Positions 1 through 10,118 of a stretch of 64,000 nt of DNA are shown here, piece after piece. The stretch spans positions 64,001 through 128,000 of the forward strand of contig JBHLNS010000001.1 in NCBI GenBank assembly GCA_048941285.1, in the 5' to 3' direction. Below the pieces are notes generated by a model. It was given only the letters and a program-made list of their open reading frames with translations, was not told where the DNA came from and ran no database searches. Numbering within the stretch: the stretch's first letter is position 1; the number at the start of each line of letters is the position of its first letter. The stretch comes from Promethearchaeota archaeon. Its GTDB lineage: Archaea; Asgardarchaeota; Lokiarchaeia; Sigyniarchaeales; SOKP01. Made by a program: the position numbers and the translations under genes.

Positions 1-20
1 AATAAATGGACTTTCAAATT

Positions 21-1226
21 ATGTGTGACACTTACGTAAGTTTAGGCACTTGGTCTAAAAATGGCGATGTGATTTTTGGTAAAAATAGTGATAGACCTGA
101 ATCGGAAGCGCAATTAATAACATATTCTCCACGAAAGACTTATTCTAATGGAGACGAATTAAAATGTACTCATATTTCAATACCACAAGTAAGACAAACA
201 GCTGAAGTTATTTTAAGTCAACCTTTTTGGATGTGGGGTGCAGAAATGGGGGCAAATGAGTATGGAGTAGTTATTGGAAATGAATCAATACAAACTAGAG
301 AACCTTTAAAAGATACCGGGCTTACCGGTATGGATCTTCTAAGATTGGGACTGGAGCGAGGAAAAACTGCAATGGAAGCTTTGAATGCTATTATTGGGTT
401 ATTAGAAAGCCATGGTCAAGGTGGTTATCACAGCTTATCACAATATAATTATCATAATTCATATCTTATCGCAGATCCAAATGAAGCTTATGTACTAGAA
501 ACTGCAGGTGATTGGTGGATTGTAGAAATTGTAAAAGAATTTCGCTCAATTTCTAACCACATATCAATAAGATTTAAAGGAGATATGAGAAGGAAAGGTA
601 TAATCCAACATGCTATTGAAAAGGGCTATTGTACGGATGATAACGAATTTGATTTCAAAATGAACTTTTCACTTTCCCGACTCCCAGAAAAGTTTCCGAT
701 AACTGATAGAGATGGATTTTCTTTAAATCAATTATCTTCAAATAAAGGAATAGTTACTGTTCCTATGATGATGGATTTTTTAAGAGCACATGAAGTTGAA
801 ATATGTAGACATCTTAGAAAAGACCAATCGGTAGGTTCTCAAATTTCTCTTTTGAGAAAAAACCCTAAGAAATCAATTCACTGGTTTACGGGTAGTACGA
901 TTCCATGTCTAAGTATTTATAAACCGTATGTTTTCCCAGTACAGGAGCAAAAAGTCATGGAATCAAAACCTTACACCTCTATAGATTCAAGCTGGTTTTG
1001 GATAAAGCATTTTAATTTTATAAATAAATATAAAAAACATCCAAAAAGAGATCTTCCTGAAAGAAATGAATATTATAAAAAACTAAGAAATATAGAAATC
1101 GAATTATTGAGAAGTGTAGATGCAATACTTAGTAAAGAAGAGAATATTTCAGAAAGTGAGTTTAATGAAATGATTAAGGTTATTAATGATGATGGATGGA
1201 AAAAATCAGAGGAATTAATCACATAA
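21..1226 (+). CDS. Peptidase C69 / secernin-like Ntn-hydrolase (paralog 1)
   Basis: N-terminal MCDT (nucleophilic Cys) at ATG 21; FGKNSDR and WMWGAEMGANEYGVVIGNE motifs. The ORF track start at 6 is probably too early. Confidence 0.9.
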   Translation: MCDTYVSLGTWSKNGDVIFGKNSDRPESEAQLITYSPRKTYSNGDELKCTHISIPQVRQTAEVILSQPFWMWGAEMGANEYGVVIGNESIQTREPLKDTGLTGMDLLRLGLERGKTAMEALNAIIGLLESHGQGGYHSLSQYNYHNSYLIADPNEAYVLETAGDWWIVEIVKEFRSISNHISIRFKGDMRRKGIIQHAIEKGYCTDDNEFDFKMNFSLSRLPEKFPITDRDGFSLNQLSSNKGIVTVPMMMDFLRAHEVEICRHLRKDQSVGSQISLLRKNPKKSIHWFTGSTIPCLSIYKPYVFPVQEQKVMESKPYTSIDSSWFWIKHFNFINKYKKHPKRDLPERNEYYKKLRNIEIELLRSVDAILSKEENISESEFNEMIKVINDDGWKKSEELIT

Positions 1227-2393
1227 ATGTGTGACACTCTTGTAGCTCTTGGAAATTCGACTAAAGATGGAACAGTAATTTTCGGTAAAAATTCGGATCG
1301 CCCTTTCAACGAAGCCCAATTAATATCTTATTCTCCTAAAACAAGGTATAAGAAAGGCGATAAATTGAAATGTACATATTTAGAAATTCTTCAAGTTCCT
1401 GTGACATATGCAATATTGTTGAGCCAACCTTTTTGGATGTGGGGCGCAGAAATGGGGACTAATGAGTATGGAGTGGTGATTGGAAATGAAGCCATACATA
1501 CAAAAGAACCACTAAGAAGTATAGGACTATTAGGTATGGATTTGTTAAGGTTAGGTCTTGAGAGAGGAAGAACCGCAGAAGAAGCAAAAGATATAATTAT
1601 CGATTTATTAGAAAAATATGGGCAAGGAGGTGGTTGTGCATATGATGACCCGAGTTGGATGTATCATAATTCATTTATAATTGCAGACCCTAAGGAAGCA
1701 TTTGTTTTAGAGACTGCTGATAAATGGTGGATCGTAGAAAACATCAAAAGTATACGGTCAATTTCAAACAGTCTTAGTATCCGGGGCATAGGAGACTACA
1801 GAAAGAAAGGTATAATTCAACATGCAATTAATAAAGGATACTGTAAAGATGACGATGAATTTGATTTTGCATTAAACTTTTCTGAATCCTCTTTCTCGGT
1901 TACACCTTCACCATATTCCAGAGGAGGGAAAACTAATTTACTACTTAACGAGAATAGAGGCAGAATCACACCAAGTTTAATGATGGAATTTCTAAGGGAA
2001 CATCAAGCAGGAATTTGTATGCATGGTGGTTTTGAATCAACTGGGTCTCAAGTTTCACACTTAAGGAATCATAAAGAATCAATTCACTGGTTTACAGGAA
2101 CAAATCTTCCCTGTGTAAGTATTTATAAACCATATAGTTTTCCTATTAAAGGTCAAAAAGTTTATAAGCCCGGGCCTTATGACCAGGTAGACCCTGAATG
2201 GTTCTGGTGTAAACATACAAAATCTAAACCAATAAATAAGAATATAGAACTCTTAAATATCGAAAAATCTATTATGTTCAAAATTCAGGATTTAATAAAT
2301 CAAGATAACAAAATTTCAGAAGAAAAACTCAATGAACAAATCTTAAAGTTAAATCTAAAAGCTTGGAATAAGTCTTATGAATTGTTAAGTTAA
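1227..2393 (+). CDS. Peptidase C69 / secernin-like Ntn-hydrolase (paralog 2)
   Basis: MCDTLVALG, FGKNSDR, WMWGAEMGTNEYG and ICMHGG motifs; abuts the paralog 1 stop codon. Confidence 0.9.
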   Translation: MCDTLVALGNSTKDGTVIFGKNSDRPFNEAQLISYSPKTRYKKGDKLKCTYLEILQVPVTYAILLSQPFWMWGAEMGTNEYGVVIGNEAIHTKEPLRSIGLLGMDLLRLGLERGRTAEEAKDIIIDLLEKYGQGGGCAYDDPSWMYHNSFIIADPKEAFVLETADKWWIVENIKSIRSISNSLSIRGIGDYRKKGIIQHAINKGYCKDDDEFDFALNFSESSFSVTPSPYSRGGKTNLLLNENRGRITPSLMMEFLREHQAGICMHGGFESTGSQVSHLRNHKESIHWFTGTNLPCVSIYKPYSFPIKGQKVYKPGPYDQVDPEWFWCKHTKSKPINKNIELLNIEKSIMFKIQDLINQDNKISEEKLNEQILKLNLKAWNKSYELLS

Positions 2394-2497
2394 TTTCAAG
2401 AATTTTTGAAGATTTAGTGATAATCAAAAAAACTTAATAGTTTTGGAATATTTTTCCTATTAATTTATTTTAAATAAAGGCTATTTAAGATTCAATA

Positions 2498-2791
2498 ATG
2501 TCATTGAATAAATTGGATATTTTAGGTATGGAAGGAGTTATTTCAAATTATAAACGAGGACGTCATACAGTACACCAGAAACACTGTATTATTGTATTTT
2601 CTAATATAACAACAAGAAAAGCTGCAAACAAACTTATTGGAAGAACTGTTGTTTGGAATACACCTACAGGTAAGGAATTAAAAGGAGTAATTACTCGGGC
2701 ACATGGAAATAACGGTGCTGTAAGAGCCCACTTTAAAAAAGCTGGAGTCCCTGGGCAAGCTTTAGGGAAAAAGGTAAAAATTATTAAGTAG
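2498..2791 (+). CDS. rpl35ae: 50S ribosomal protein L35Ae (eL33)
   Basis: G-I-NYKRG, LIGRTVVW and GVITRAHGNNGAVRAHF...PGQALG motifs. Confidence 0.93.
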   Translation: MSLNKLDILGMEGVISNYKRGRHTVHQKHCIIVFSNITTRKAANKLIGRTVVWNTPTGKELKGVITRAHGNNGAVRAHFKKAGVPGQALGKKVKIIK

Positions 2792-2951
2792 CCGTCTCGT
2801 TATTCTAGCTATTTTTTTTTCCTATCAATACCTAGATATTACATGATACTAGAATAATATAGCTTTTTTTATGTTTTGGATTTTCTTATTCTTCTGATAA
2901 AGCGATAATAAAGGTAAATAATATCTTATTTGGTTGGGTTTAAGCATTAAC

Positions 2952-4925
2952 ATGACAGAGCAAGTATGTAGATTTTGTCACAGATATGTAAAGTTAGCTT
3001 ATTATTGTGAAGAGTGCGGTTCTAGTTGTTGTTCTGAATGCCTACACGAAAAAAAAGTAGATTTCTTTATTTGTCAAGAATGTAAATCTAAAAATATAGA
3101 TTTTTCAAACTCTGAAAATAAGAAAATCTGTAAAGACTGTGGAGCAGAAAATGTAACTAAAGTAAATCAACGCTTAAAATCCTGCCCAAAATGCGACTCT
3201 CATCAAATTATTAACATTTATGAAAAAAAAGAAGAATTAGAAAAGAATTTTTTGGAGTTAATTAAAAATACGCGTTTATTTATTGAACCTTTAAAAGAGA
3301 TTCTTGAGAAATTGTATTTATTTCAGTCAAGAATCAAGGAAGTAAGAGATCCTCCGAATAAATATTATCATTTTCCTAAAATGGAATCAGATTTATTGGC
3401 TCTTTTTAAATTATTCAATTATATTCAAAACACCTTATTCGAAAAAATTAATATTCATTTTCATCAAGTAAATCAAAGCAAAGAATATTTTTTTGATATC
3501 TACGCCCAACCTAACTCAAATATAAATATTATTGAGGGGATTTTTGAAAACCTTTGTAGAAGTTACAGTTCAATAGAAGAATTCATTAAAATCAATTTAG
3601 AAACATTTATTGATGGCTTTGAAATATTTCATAAAAATCTGGAATTTATAGCTAAAGTTAGTCACTATTTTAAATCCTATAATAAAATTCTTAGACTAGC
3701 AGAAGGTGAAAAACCTGTTTATGCCATTCATGCTAAATTAACAAATGGTTTAAATTCACATGATAAATATAAGAAAGATAAGGGGATTTTGTTTATTACT
3801 AATTTTGATCTTTCATTTATACATAAATATGGAGTAAAGAAAAAAAAAAAGGAATTAATCTTTAAAGCTCCTGTTCAAGATTTAACAAGATTGAATGAAA
3901 AAGGTAAAGTCTTCAAGAAATTATATATCGAATTCACCTACGGAAAATATGAATTTACATTACCCAATAAAGCGGTGTCTAGAGTGATTGAATATATTCT
4001 TTTAGCAAGGTCATTTGATGAAACGACGATTTATGATGAAAAAACTGCAAAAAAACTTCAAAATATTGATTTGGATTTAAATGAATTTACTAATTTTATT
4101 GAGGAGAGTATTAACTCTTTTTTTAGTATAAAATGTCAATTTAATAAGAGTTTTGAAAATTCATACAATCAAAATAGGGATTCAAGCTATTTCTTTGGTG
4201 TTCAACCCAACCAATTGCAAAACAGTATGTCTCGAACACCTTCTCAATTTTTTAATCCTCAAAATAATGCTCAACCTTGGCTGAGCTATCCTTTAAATTC
4301 AAACTTAAATCAAAGGGTTAACAGGATTCCTTACTCACCCCCTAATCCTGGTCAATCATCTCCACTTATGAATAATCCTCAAACGCCAAATTATGATAAG
4401 AATAATGTCTTCTTACAAAATCTCTATAATTCCAATCAATACCAAAATTATGATTCACAAAGAATAAATTCAAATAATCCCTTAAATAACCACTTAAATC
4501 AACAGATCAATAACCCGATGATAAATGATCTTTATAATGTGAATGATTATTTCTTAAATAAGGAAGACATTTTCCAGGATTATAATAGAAATCATCTATC
4601 TAATTTGTTTGATACAGAGTATCCTTCTCAAGATAATTCATATAGGTATAAACAAAAATTGTTCAAATTAGATAAAGAAAAACATAAGAAAATGCTTGAA
4701 TTAGATAAAGAGAGGTATAGCTTGCAAGAAACGTTGAAAAAACTTGACAATAAATTTGATCAAGGTATTATTTCTGAAGTAGATTATTTTAAGACCTTCA
4801 AAAACCTTCAAAAAGAGATTTATCTAATTGAAAAAAAAATTAAAAATCTACAAGAAAACATGGAAGAGATTGAATCTCTCAGAAGAAGTAGCAGAAATTT
4901 TGATAAAAGGCGCTTTTACACCTAA
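2952..4925 (+). CDS. Multidomain protein: Cys-rich Zn fingers, PH-like domain, N/Q/P-rich low-complexity region, C-terminal steadiness-box-like helical hairpin
   Basis: Six CxxC pairs at the N-terminus; KGILFITNFDLSFI...KKLYIEF...KYEF PH-like pattern; C-terminal LQETLKKLDNKFDQGIISEVDYFKTFKNLQKEIY. ATG at 2952. Confidence 0.6.
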   Translation: MTEQVCRFCHRYVKLAYYCEECGSSCCSECLHEKKVDFFICQECKSKNIDFSNSENKKICKDCGAENVTKVNQRLKSCPKCDSHQIINIYEKKEELEKNFLELIKNTRLFIEPLKEILEKLYLFQSRIKEVRDPPNKYYHFPKMESDLLALFKLFNYIQNTLFEKINIHFHQVNQSKEYFFDIYAQPNSNINIIEGIFENLCRSYSSIEEFIKINLETFIDGFEIFHKNLEFIAKVSHYFKSYNKILRLAEGEKPVYAIHAKLTNGLNSHDKYKKDKGILFITNFDLSFIHKYGVKKKKKELIFKAPVQDLTRLNEKGKVFKKLYIEFTYGKYEFTLPNKAVSRVIEYILLARSFDETTIYDEKTAKKLQNIDLDLNEFTNFIEESINSFFSIKCQFNKSFENSYNQNRDSSYFFGVQPNQLQNSMSRTPSQFFNPQNNAQPWLSYPLNSNLNQRVNRIPYSPPNPGQSSPLMNNPQTPNYDKNNVFLQNLYNSNQYQNYDSQRINSNNPLNNHLNQQINNPMINDLYNVNDYFLNKEDIFQDYNRNHLSNLFDTEYPSQDNSYRYKQKLFKLDKEKHKKMLELDKERYSLQETLKKLDNKFDQGIISEVDYFKTFKNLQKEIYLIEKKIKNLQENMEEIESLRRSSRNFDKRRFYT

Positions 4926-5006
4926 AAAGTAAATTTCGAATTTTTTCATAGAATCTATATTTTTTTTATCTTATATTTATATTTTTATTATGATATTATA
5001 AATCAT

Positions 5007-6026
5007 ATGGATAAAGTGGATGGATTATTTACTACTTTAGTAGGAAGTTGGCCTTTAAATAATACATATAACAACATGGTAAAGGTATTCACTGATTTAA
5101 TCCAAATAGGCATCGATTTTCCATGCTACCCGCAACTTTTATCTATGAATTATCAATTCCTATCACCATTATCTAGAATTATACCTCCATTAAAAGAAGT
5201 TGATGATAAATTTTATTTATATGAGGATTTTGAGATACCAAAGGAACCAGTTGCTCTCGAATATGGGAAATTTATAATAGACTATTTTAATGAACATCAA
5301 GATCTTAAAAAATGTATTAGTGGTACAAAAGCTTGTTTAACTGGTCCATTTACTTTAACATTCGAAACTATATTAAAAAACTCTATTGCTAAAGGCTTAA
5401 AACCATTAATTTTCGAAGAACCACGAGCAGTGATGGTCGATTGGATCGTGGATAAATTTGCTGAAATTATAAAGCAAATTGGAGCTGCTTATAGTGAAAT
5501 GAAAATAGATATAGTTTCTTGTGATGAGCCAATTCTAGGATTGTTAGTAGGGAGGAAAGTTTTGTTTCACTCAGAAGACTTTATCATTAAAACTATCAAT
5601 AAGGCAATATCTGGAATAAAAGGATTACCGTCAATACACGTCTGTGGTAGAATAAGTCCCTATCTAAGAGATATTCTTTTAAATACAAATGTGAAAATTT
5701 TAGACCATGAGTTTTGTACGAACGAAGAAAATTTTAAAGTTTTTGAGAAAAAACATTTCGAAGGAACTGATAAATTCTTAGCAATGGGAACTGTTCAATC
5801 AAAGTTTGTGCCAATTAAAAATAAAAAAATTAATGATTATGTAGAAAAAGTTGATTTTCTTAAAAGTTATATAAAAAGAGGAATAGATCAATATGGAAAA
5901 GAGAATTTAATAATCAAACCAGATTGTGGGTTCTATCCTTTGAAAGTTTTCGGAGAAAATGATGGTTATAAAATAGCAATCGAAAAAGTGAAAAATATGG
6001 TACTCGCTTTGAAAGCGTTAAAGTAA
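5007..6026 (+). CDS. Cobalamin-independent methionine synthase catalytic-domain family (MetE/URO-D-like)
   Basis: TTLVGSWP, KACLTGPFTL, DEP, HVCG and PDCG Zn-binding motifs. Confidence 0.8.
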   Translation: MDKVDGLFTTLVGSWPLNNTYNNMVKVFTDLIQIGIDFPCYPQLLSMNYQFLSPLSRIIPPLKEVDDKFYLYEDFEIPKEPVALEYGKFIIDYFNEHQDLKKCISGTKACLTGPFTLTFETILKNSIAKGLKPLIFEEPRAVMVDWIVDKFAEIIKQIGAAYSEMKIDIVSCDEPILGLLVGRKVLFHSEDFIIKTINKAISGIKGLPSIHVCGRISPYLRDILLNTNVKILDHEFCTNEENFKVFEKKHFEGTDKFLAMGTVQSKFVPIKNKKINDYVEKVDFLKSYIKRGIDQYGKENLIIKPDCGFYPLKVFGENDGYKIAIEKVKNMVLALKALK

Positions 6027-6078
6027 TCATTTTTAAAATAAAGTAGCAGTAAAAGTAAAAGAAATTTATAAAAAAGAT

Positions 6079-6729
6079 TTATCCTTCCAGTTCTTTACGA
6101 AGCTTATCAATCTCATCTTTTAGTTGATCTTTTGATTTAATTTCAGCTTCTTCTTCTTCAAGATCGTATTCTGGTATATATTGGAGATCATCTGCAGGAA
6201 TTTCAGGCATGGCTCCTCCTTGTTCTAGAAGCATTTCTGTCTCAAGTTGATTTAATTCATCAGTAACATCAATTGCAAGATCAATTTCTGGGTCACCTGC
6301 TAAAATTTCTGCGGCTTCTTCAATCTCTGAGACATATGCCTCAGAATCCTCTGCAATTTCAGCAACTTTTGTAGGGGATGCCTTTGTAGCAATATATTCT
6401 AACTCATCTCTAATCCCTCCCATTACATCCCCCGTTTGAGAAATTAACATTCCTTCTTCTATCGCTTGAATTTGTCTTTCAATCTTTAGTCGGATGTTAT
6501 TACTTCGGTCAACTTTCGCCTGATATGCTTTATATTGTACTAAATATGATTTTGCGCGATCTTTTTCACCTCTTTTTAATGCAATTTTTGCATTTTTCCT
6601 ACTAATCTCAGCACGTTTATTATAATTTTTGTTCATCATGTTCAATTTATGGATATGTCCTTTAGCTTTTGCGACCAAATCATCTTTTTCTTTACTTTTT
6701 CGTGGAAAGAGTTTCTTTTTTAACCCCAT
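6079..6729 (-). CDS. Snf7-family ESCRT-III protein
   Basis: Basic N-terminal helices (AKIALKRGEKDRAKSYL), acidic C-terminal half (DELNQLE, MPEIP) and a terminal amphipathic helix. Confidence 0.8.
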   Translation of the reverse strand: MGLKKKLFPRKSKEKDDLVAKAKGHIHKLNMMNKNYNKRAEISRKNAKIALKRGEKDRAKSYLVQYKAYQAKVDRSNNIRLKIERQIQAIEEGMLISQTGDVMGGIRDELEYIATKASPTKVAEIAEDSEAYVSEIEEAAEILAGDPEIDLAIDVTDELNQLETEMLLEQGGAMPEIPADDLQYIPEYDLEEEEAEIKSKDQLKDEIDKLRKELEG

Positions 6730-6880
6730 TTTATCATTACACCATTTAGAACTTTAATTTATTATTATCTGATTTTATGAATTAAATAATGTTTCTAACT
6801 TAAAAATTTAATATTATTTGATATAATATAATAAAATAATTCTCATCAAAAAAGTTTAGCTAGACCAAAATTTAAGTATT

Positions 6881-7996
6881 ATGAAAAAAATTATTTTAGA
6901 CTTCGAATCTCAGACCTATCTATTAAAAGAATTATTACAAGAAGCCTTAAACAGAGATATTTTACATTTTTTAGTCTCTCAAGAGACATATAAGGAATTT
7001 GAAAACATTGAAAGGATAAACCTTTATTCTAAAAATCCTAAACTCCCTATAAAAAGTTTGGTTTATGAAGATGAAAAAATTATAGAAGAAAATATAGCTT
7101 TAAACACAATAACCGATAAAGAGATTGGTTATTTTACTGAATTAAAGTCTAAAAAAGATGAAGATAATATTGTAAGATTATCAAACACAAAATTTGTGGA
7201 TTTTATTATTGTATCAGCTAAGGATTGGAAGATAATACCTTTTGAAAATCTTATTGCCAATATGCATAAAAATGATACAGATTTAATAGCAATGGTTGAA
7301 TCAGTAAAGGAAGCGGAGCTCATGTTAAAAACGTTAGAAATAGGAGTTGATGGTATTTTAATAAAACCAAAAAGCGTCAAAGATATTATTGAATTAAGAA
7401 ATCTCTTTCTAACAAAGTTCAAGCTAAAATTAATTAAAGCGACTGTTAAAAAAATTCAAAATATTCCAGAGAGTGAAAGAGTATGTGTGGACACTACTTC
7501 CCTTTTAAATGTAGGTGAGGGATTTTTGGTGGGATCAACAGCTAAAGGATTTTGTCTTATTCATTCTGAGACATTTGAAACCCAATTCATCTCATCAAGG
7601 CCATTTCGAGTAAATGCGGGAGATGTTTCAGCATATATATTAGTTCCTGATAAAAATTCACAATATCTTTATCAAACGAAGTATCTCAGTGAATTAAAGG
7701 GCGGAGATCGAGTACTTGCTATTAATTTTAAAGGAGAAGTTAGGATTGTGTCTGTAGGAAGAGTTAAAATCGAAACTCGTCCAATGCTTCGATTTGAATT
7801 AGAAGCAATGGAGGGTAATAGAATAATTCTACTAAGTTGTGTTTGCCAAAATGCTGAAACTGTTCGATTGGTTGAATCGGATGGAAAAGCAAAATCAGTC
7901 GTTGATATACGGGTTGGAGATGAATTTCTTGTTCATATAGGCCCTGAAGCTTTGCATTTTGGAACTATAATTAAAGAAACCATATTAGAAAAATAA
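6881..7996 (+). CDS. aroB': 3-dehydroquinate synthase II (AroB')
   Basis: DWKIIPFENLIA, RVCVDT, RPFRVNAG, GRVKIETRP and QNAETVRL motifs. Confidence 0.92.
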   Translation: MKKIILDFESQTYLLKELLQEALNRDILHFLVSQETYKEFENIERINLYSKNPKLPIKSLVYEDEKIIEENIALNTITDKEIGYFTELKSKKDEDNIVRLSNTKFVDFIIVSAKDWKIIPFENLIANMHKNDTDLIAMVESVKEAELMLKTLEIGVDGILIKPKSVKDIIELRNLFLTKFKLKLIKATVKKIQNIPESERVCVDTTSLLNVGEGFLVGSTAKGFCLIHSETFETQFISSRPFRVNAGDVSAYILVPDKNSQYLYQTKYLSELKGGDRVLAINFKGEVRIVSVGRVKIETRPMLRFELEAMEGNRIILLSCVCQNAETVRLVESDGKAKSVVDIRVGDEFLVHIGPEALHFGTIIKETILEK

Positions 7997-8346
7997 TTCT
8001 GACATTTATTTCAAAGCTTAGAATTCTGTCACACTTTTAAAATTTGCTCGATGGTGCTTTGCTTCTATCATCTCCGAACCAATTTTGAACAAACTAAGCT
8101 GAAACATGCTCGAAAGTTGTTTTAATGAGATTTTTGATACTTTTCGAAATGGTTAAAAAAAGCGACTACAGCATCCTTTTTGCATTTTCACTATTATTTT
8201 CAATGGATTTTAAATAAACTTCTGAGCTTTTCATAATCATCAAATGTATATGATATCCTAGAAATTATGTAAAGCTTATAATTGTATTTTTTATATAATT
8301 ATATTAAAAATTAAATTATGAATATTAAAAACTGAGATGTATTGAT

Positions 8347-9603
8347 TTGACAACCTACTGGGCACCTTTACTTCACGTATATCAACCACCTACTCAAGAA
8401 ATTAAAATCTTAAAAAATATTGATAAGGAGTGTTATAAAGCACTGTTTTCCTTACTTGAAGAGCAAGAGACTGCAAAATTTTCTTTGAACATAAACGGTG
8501 TTCTTATCGAGTTATTAAATGAATATGGTTTAAATGATACAATTGAATTATTGAAGAATTTAGTGTCTGAAAACAAAATTGAAATTGTAGGAACAGCAAA
8601 ATTCCATCCAATCCTTCCTTTAATCCCCAAAAAAGAAGCACAACGTCAAATTCAGATGAATGAGGAAACAAATAGAAAAGAATTTGGCCGTTGGGATAAA
8701 AATGGTTTTTTTCCACCTGAGTTGGCAATTTCAGGAGCGGTTGCTAAAATAATTCGTCAATTAGGTTACAAATGGGTTATAATGAGTGGAATTGCGTGTC
8801 CTATAGATTGGCCATATGATAAAATTTATACATCTCCTAATGGACTTCAACTATTTTTTCGCGACGATATTCTTAGCAATAAAATCGCTTTTAAGAGTAT
8901 TGCAGCAACAGATTTTGTTAAAGATATTAAAATCATGCATAAAAACAAAGAAAAAGTTAATCCAACATATATTATAACTGCACTAGATGGAGAAACTTTT
9001 GGGCATCATATTAAAAATTATGAAAAGACTTTTTTAGGTAAAGTTTTTGAATTAATTGGCGAGATAGATGAGATCAAAACTATTTTTATTTCAGATCTTG
9101 ATCATCATTTTCCCATCGCAAAAAAAAAAATCATTCCACGAGAATCAAGTTGGAGTACAACTTATGAAGATCTTAAAGTTAATATTCCATATCCCCTCTG
9201 GAATCATCCCGATAATAGCGTCCATAAGTATTATTGGAAATTAATGAAAAGTTTGAATAATCTTATGAGTTTAATGGAAAAATTAGATCTAACAAAAGAT
9301 TGGGAAATAGAAAATTACTATAACACTGCTCGATATTTTTATGATCGTGGAATTTATTCTTGCCCAACATGGTGGGCTAATCCACCTAATAAAACTTGGT
9401 CTCCAAATTTAATTTATAAAGGAGTTGAAATATTAATGAGAGCTGCATTAAATGCTCAATTAGCATTAATTCATAGTGGTAAATCAGAGTTAGGAGAAGG
9501 ATATTTTGATTCAATTTCTTATTATCACGGGCTTTTATTAATGGAATTGAGTAACGTTACGAGAAAAAATTTCAAATTGTTGAGTAATAACAAAAACGAA
9601 TAA
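8347..9603 (+). CDS. Glycoside hydrolase family 57 protein
   Basis: LHVYQP, HPILPL, GFFPPELA and ALDGETFGHH GH57 conserved regions; TTG start. Confidence 0.88.
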   Translation: MTTYWAPLLHVYQPPTQEIKILKNIDKECYKALFSLLEEQETAKFSLNINGVLIELLNEYGLNDTIELLKNLVSENKIEIVGTAKFHPILPLIPKKEAQRQIQMNEETNRKEFGRWDKNGFFPPELAISGAVAKIIRQLGYKWVIMSGIACPIDWPYDKIYTSPNGLQLFFRDDILSNKIAFKSIAATDFVKDIKIMHKNKEKVNPTYIITALDGETFGHHIKNYEKTFLGKVFELIGEIDEIKTIFISDLDHHFPIAKKKIIPRESSWSTTYEDLKVNIPYPLWNHPDNSVHKYYWKLMKSLNNLMSLMEKLDLTKDWEIENYYNTARYFYDRGIYSCPTWWANPPNKTWSPNLIYKGVEILMRAALNAQLALIHSGKSELGEGYFDSISYYHGLLLMELSNVTRKNFKLLSNNKNE

Positions 9604-9606
9604 ACT

Positions 9607-9993
9607 TTATTTATTTTTTAAAATTAATCTGTTAAGCATTTTATTCCAATCCTCTAATTTTCGTACATACCAAGCAGCTGAGTCAATTTCTCCATTTTCA
9701 TGAGTAAATATAACCTTTAACAACGGCCTAAACACTGATCTGTGCATATGTGATTTTGGATTTGTAACCTGAAGAATAGATTTTATAGGAATTGATAACT
9801 CTTTCTTAGGTTTCCACATTCCAAAAAATAGTTCTACTTCTGTAAGTAACAATACACCATTTCCGCGAACTTTCCAAATTCCTGATGATTCTAATCCAAA
9901 GAAATTGGATATATCATCTGAGAGCAAAATGTTTTTATCGTTATATTTTTCATGTATTTCATTAATTCTTTTACTAAAAAATTTTTTAAGCAT
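9607..9993 (-). CDS. Hypothetical protein with PH-like fold
   Basis: RGNGVLLLT...LFF...LSIPIKSI pattern; ATG at 9993 preferred over the ORF-track start at 10044. Confidence 0.55.
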   Translation of the reverse strand: MLKKFFSKRINEIHEKYNDKNILLSDDISNFFGLESSGIWKVRGNGVLLLTEVELFFGMWKPKKELSIPIKSILQVTNPKSHMHRSVFRPLLKVIFTHENGEIDSAAWYVRKLEDWNKMLNRLILKNK

Positions 9994-10118
9994 AAGATAA
10001 TCAATTGAAAATGATATCCAACTAATTGAATAAAATGTAAGCAAAAATTATATAATTTCTAATTTATTTATTTTACAAGATAATATTATTAAAAAGACTT
10101 TTATTTAAGAACAGAGTA

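Noticed and set aside
7997-8260. Possible decayed transposase or IS end between aroB' and GH57
   Set aside because: Minus-strand frames give short protein-like fragments broken by stops, and AATTCTG(T/A)CA occurs twice. I could not identify a DDE motif, paired terminal inverted repeats or a target duplication. A tBLASTx/ISfinder search would be needed.
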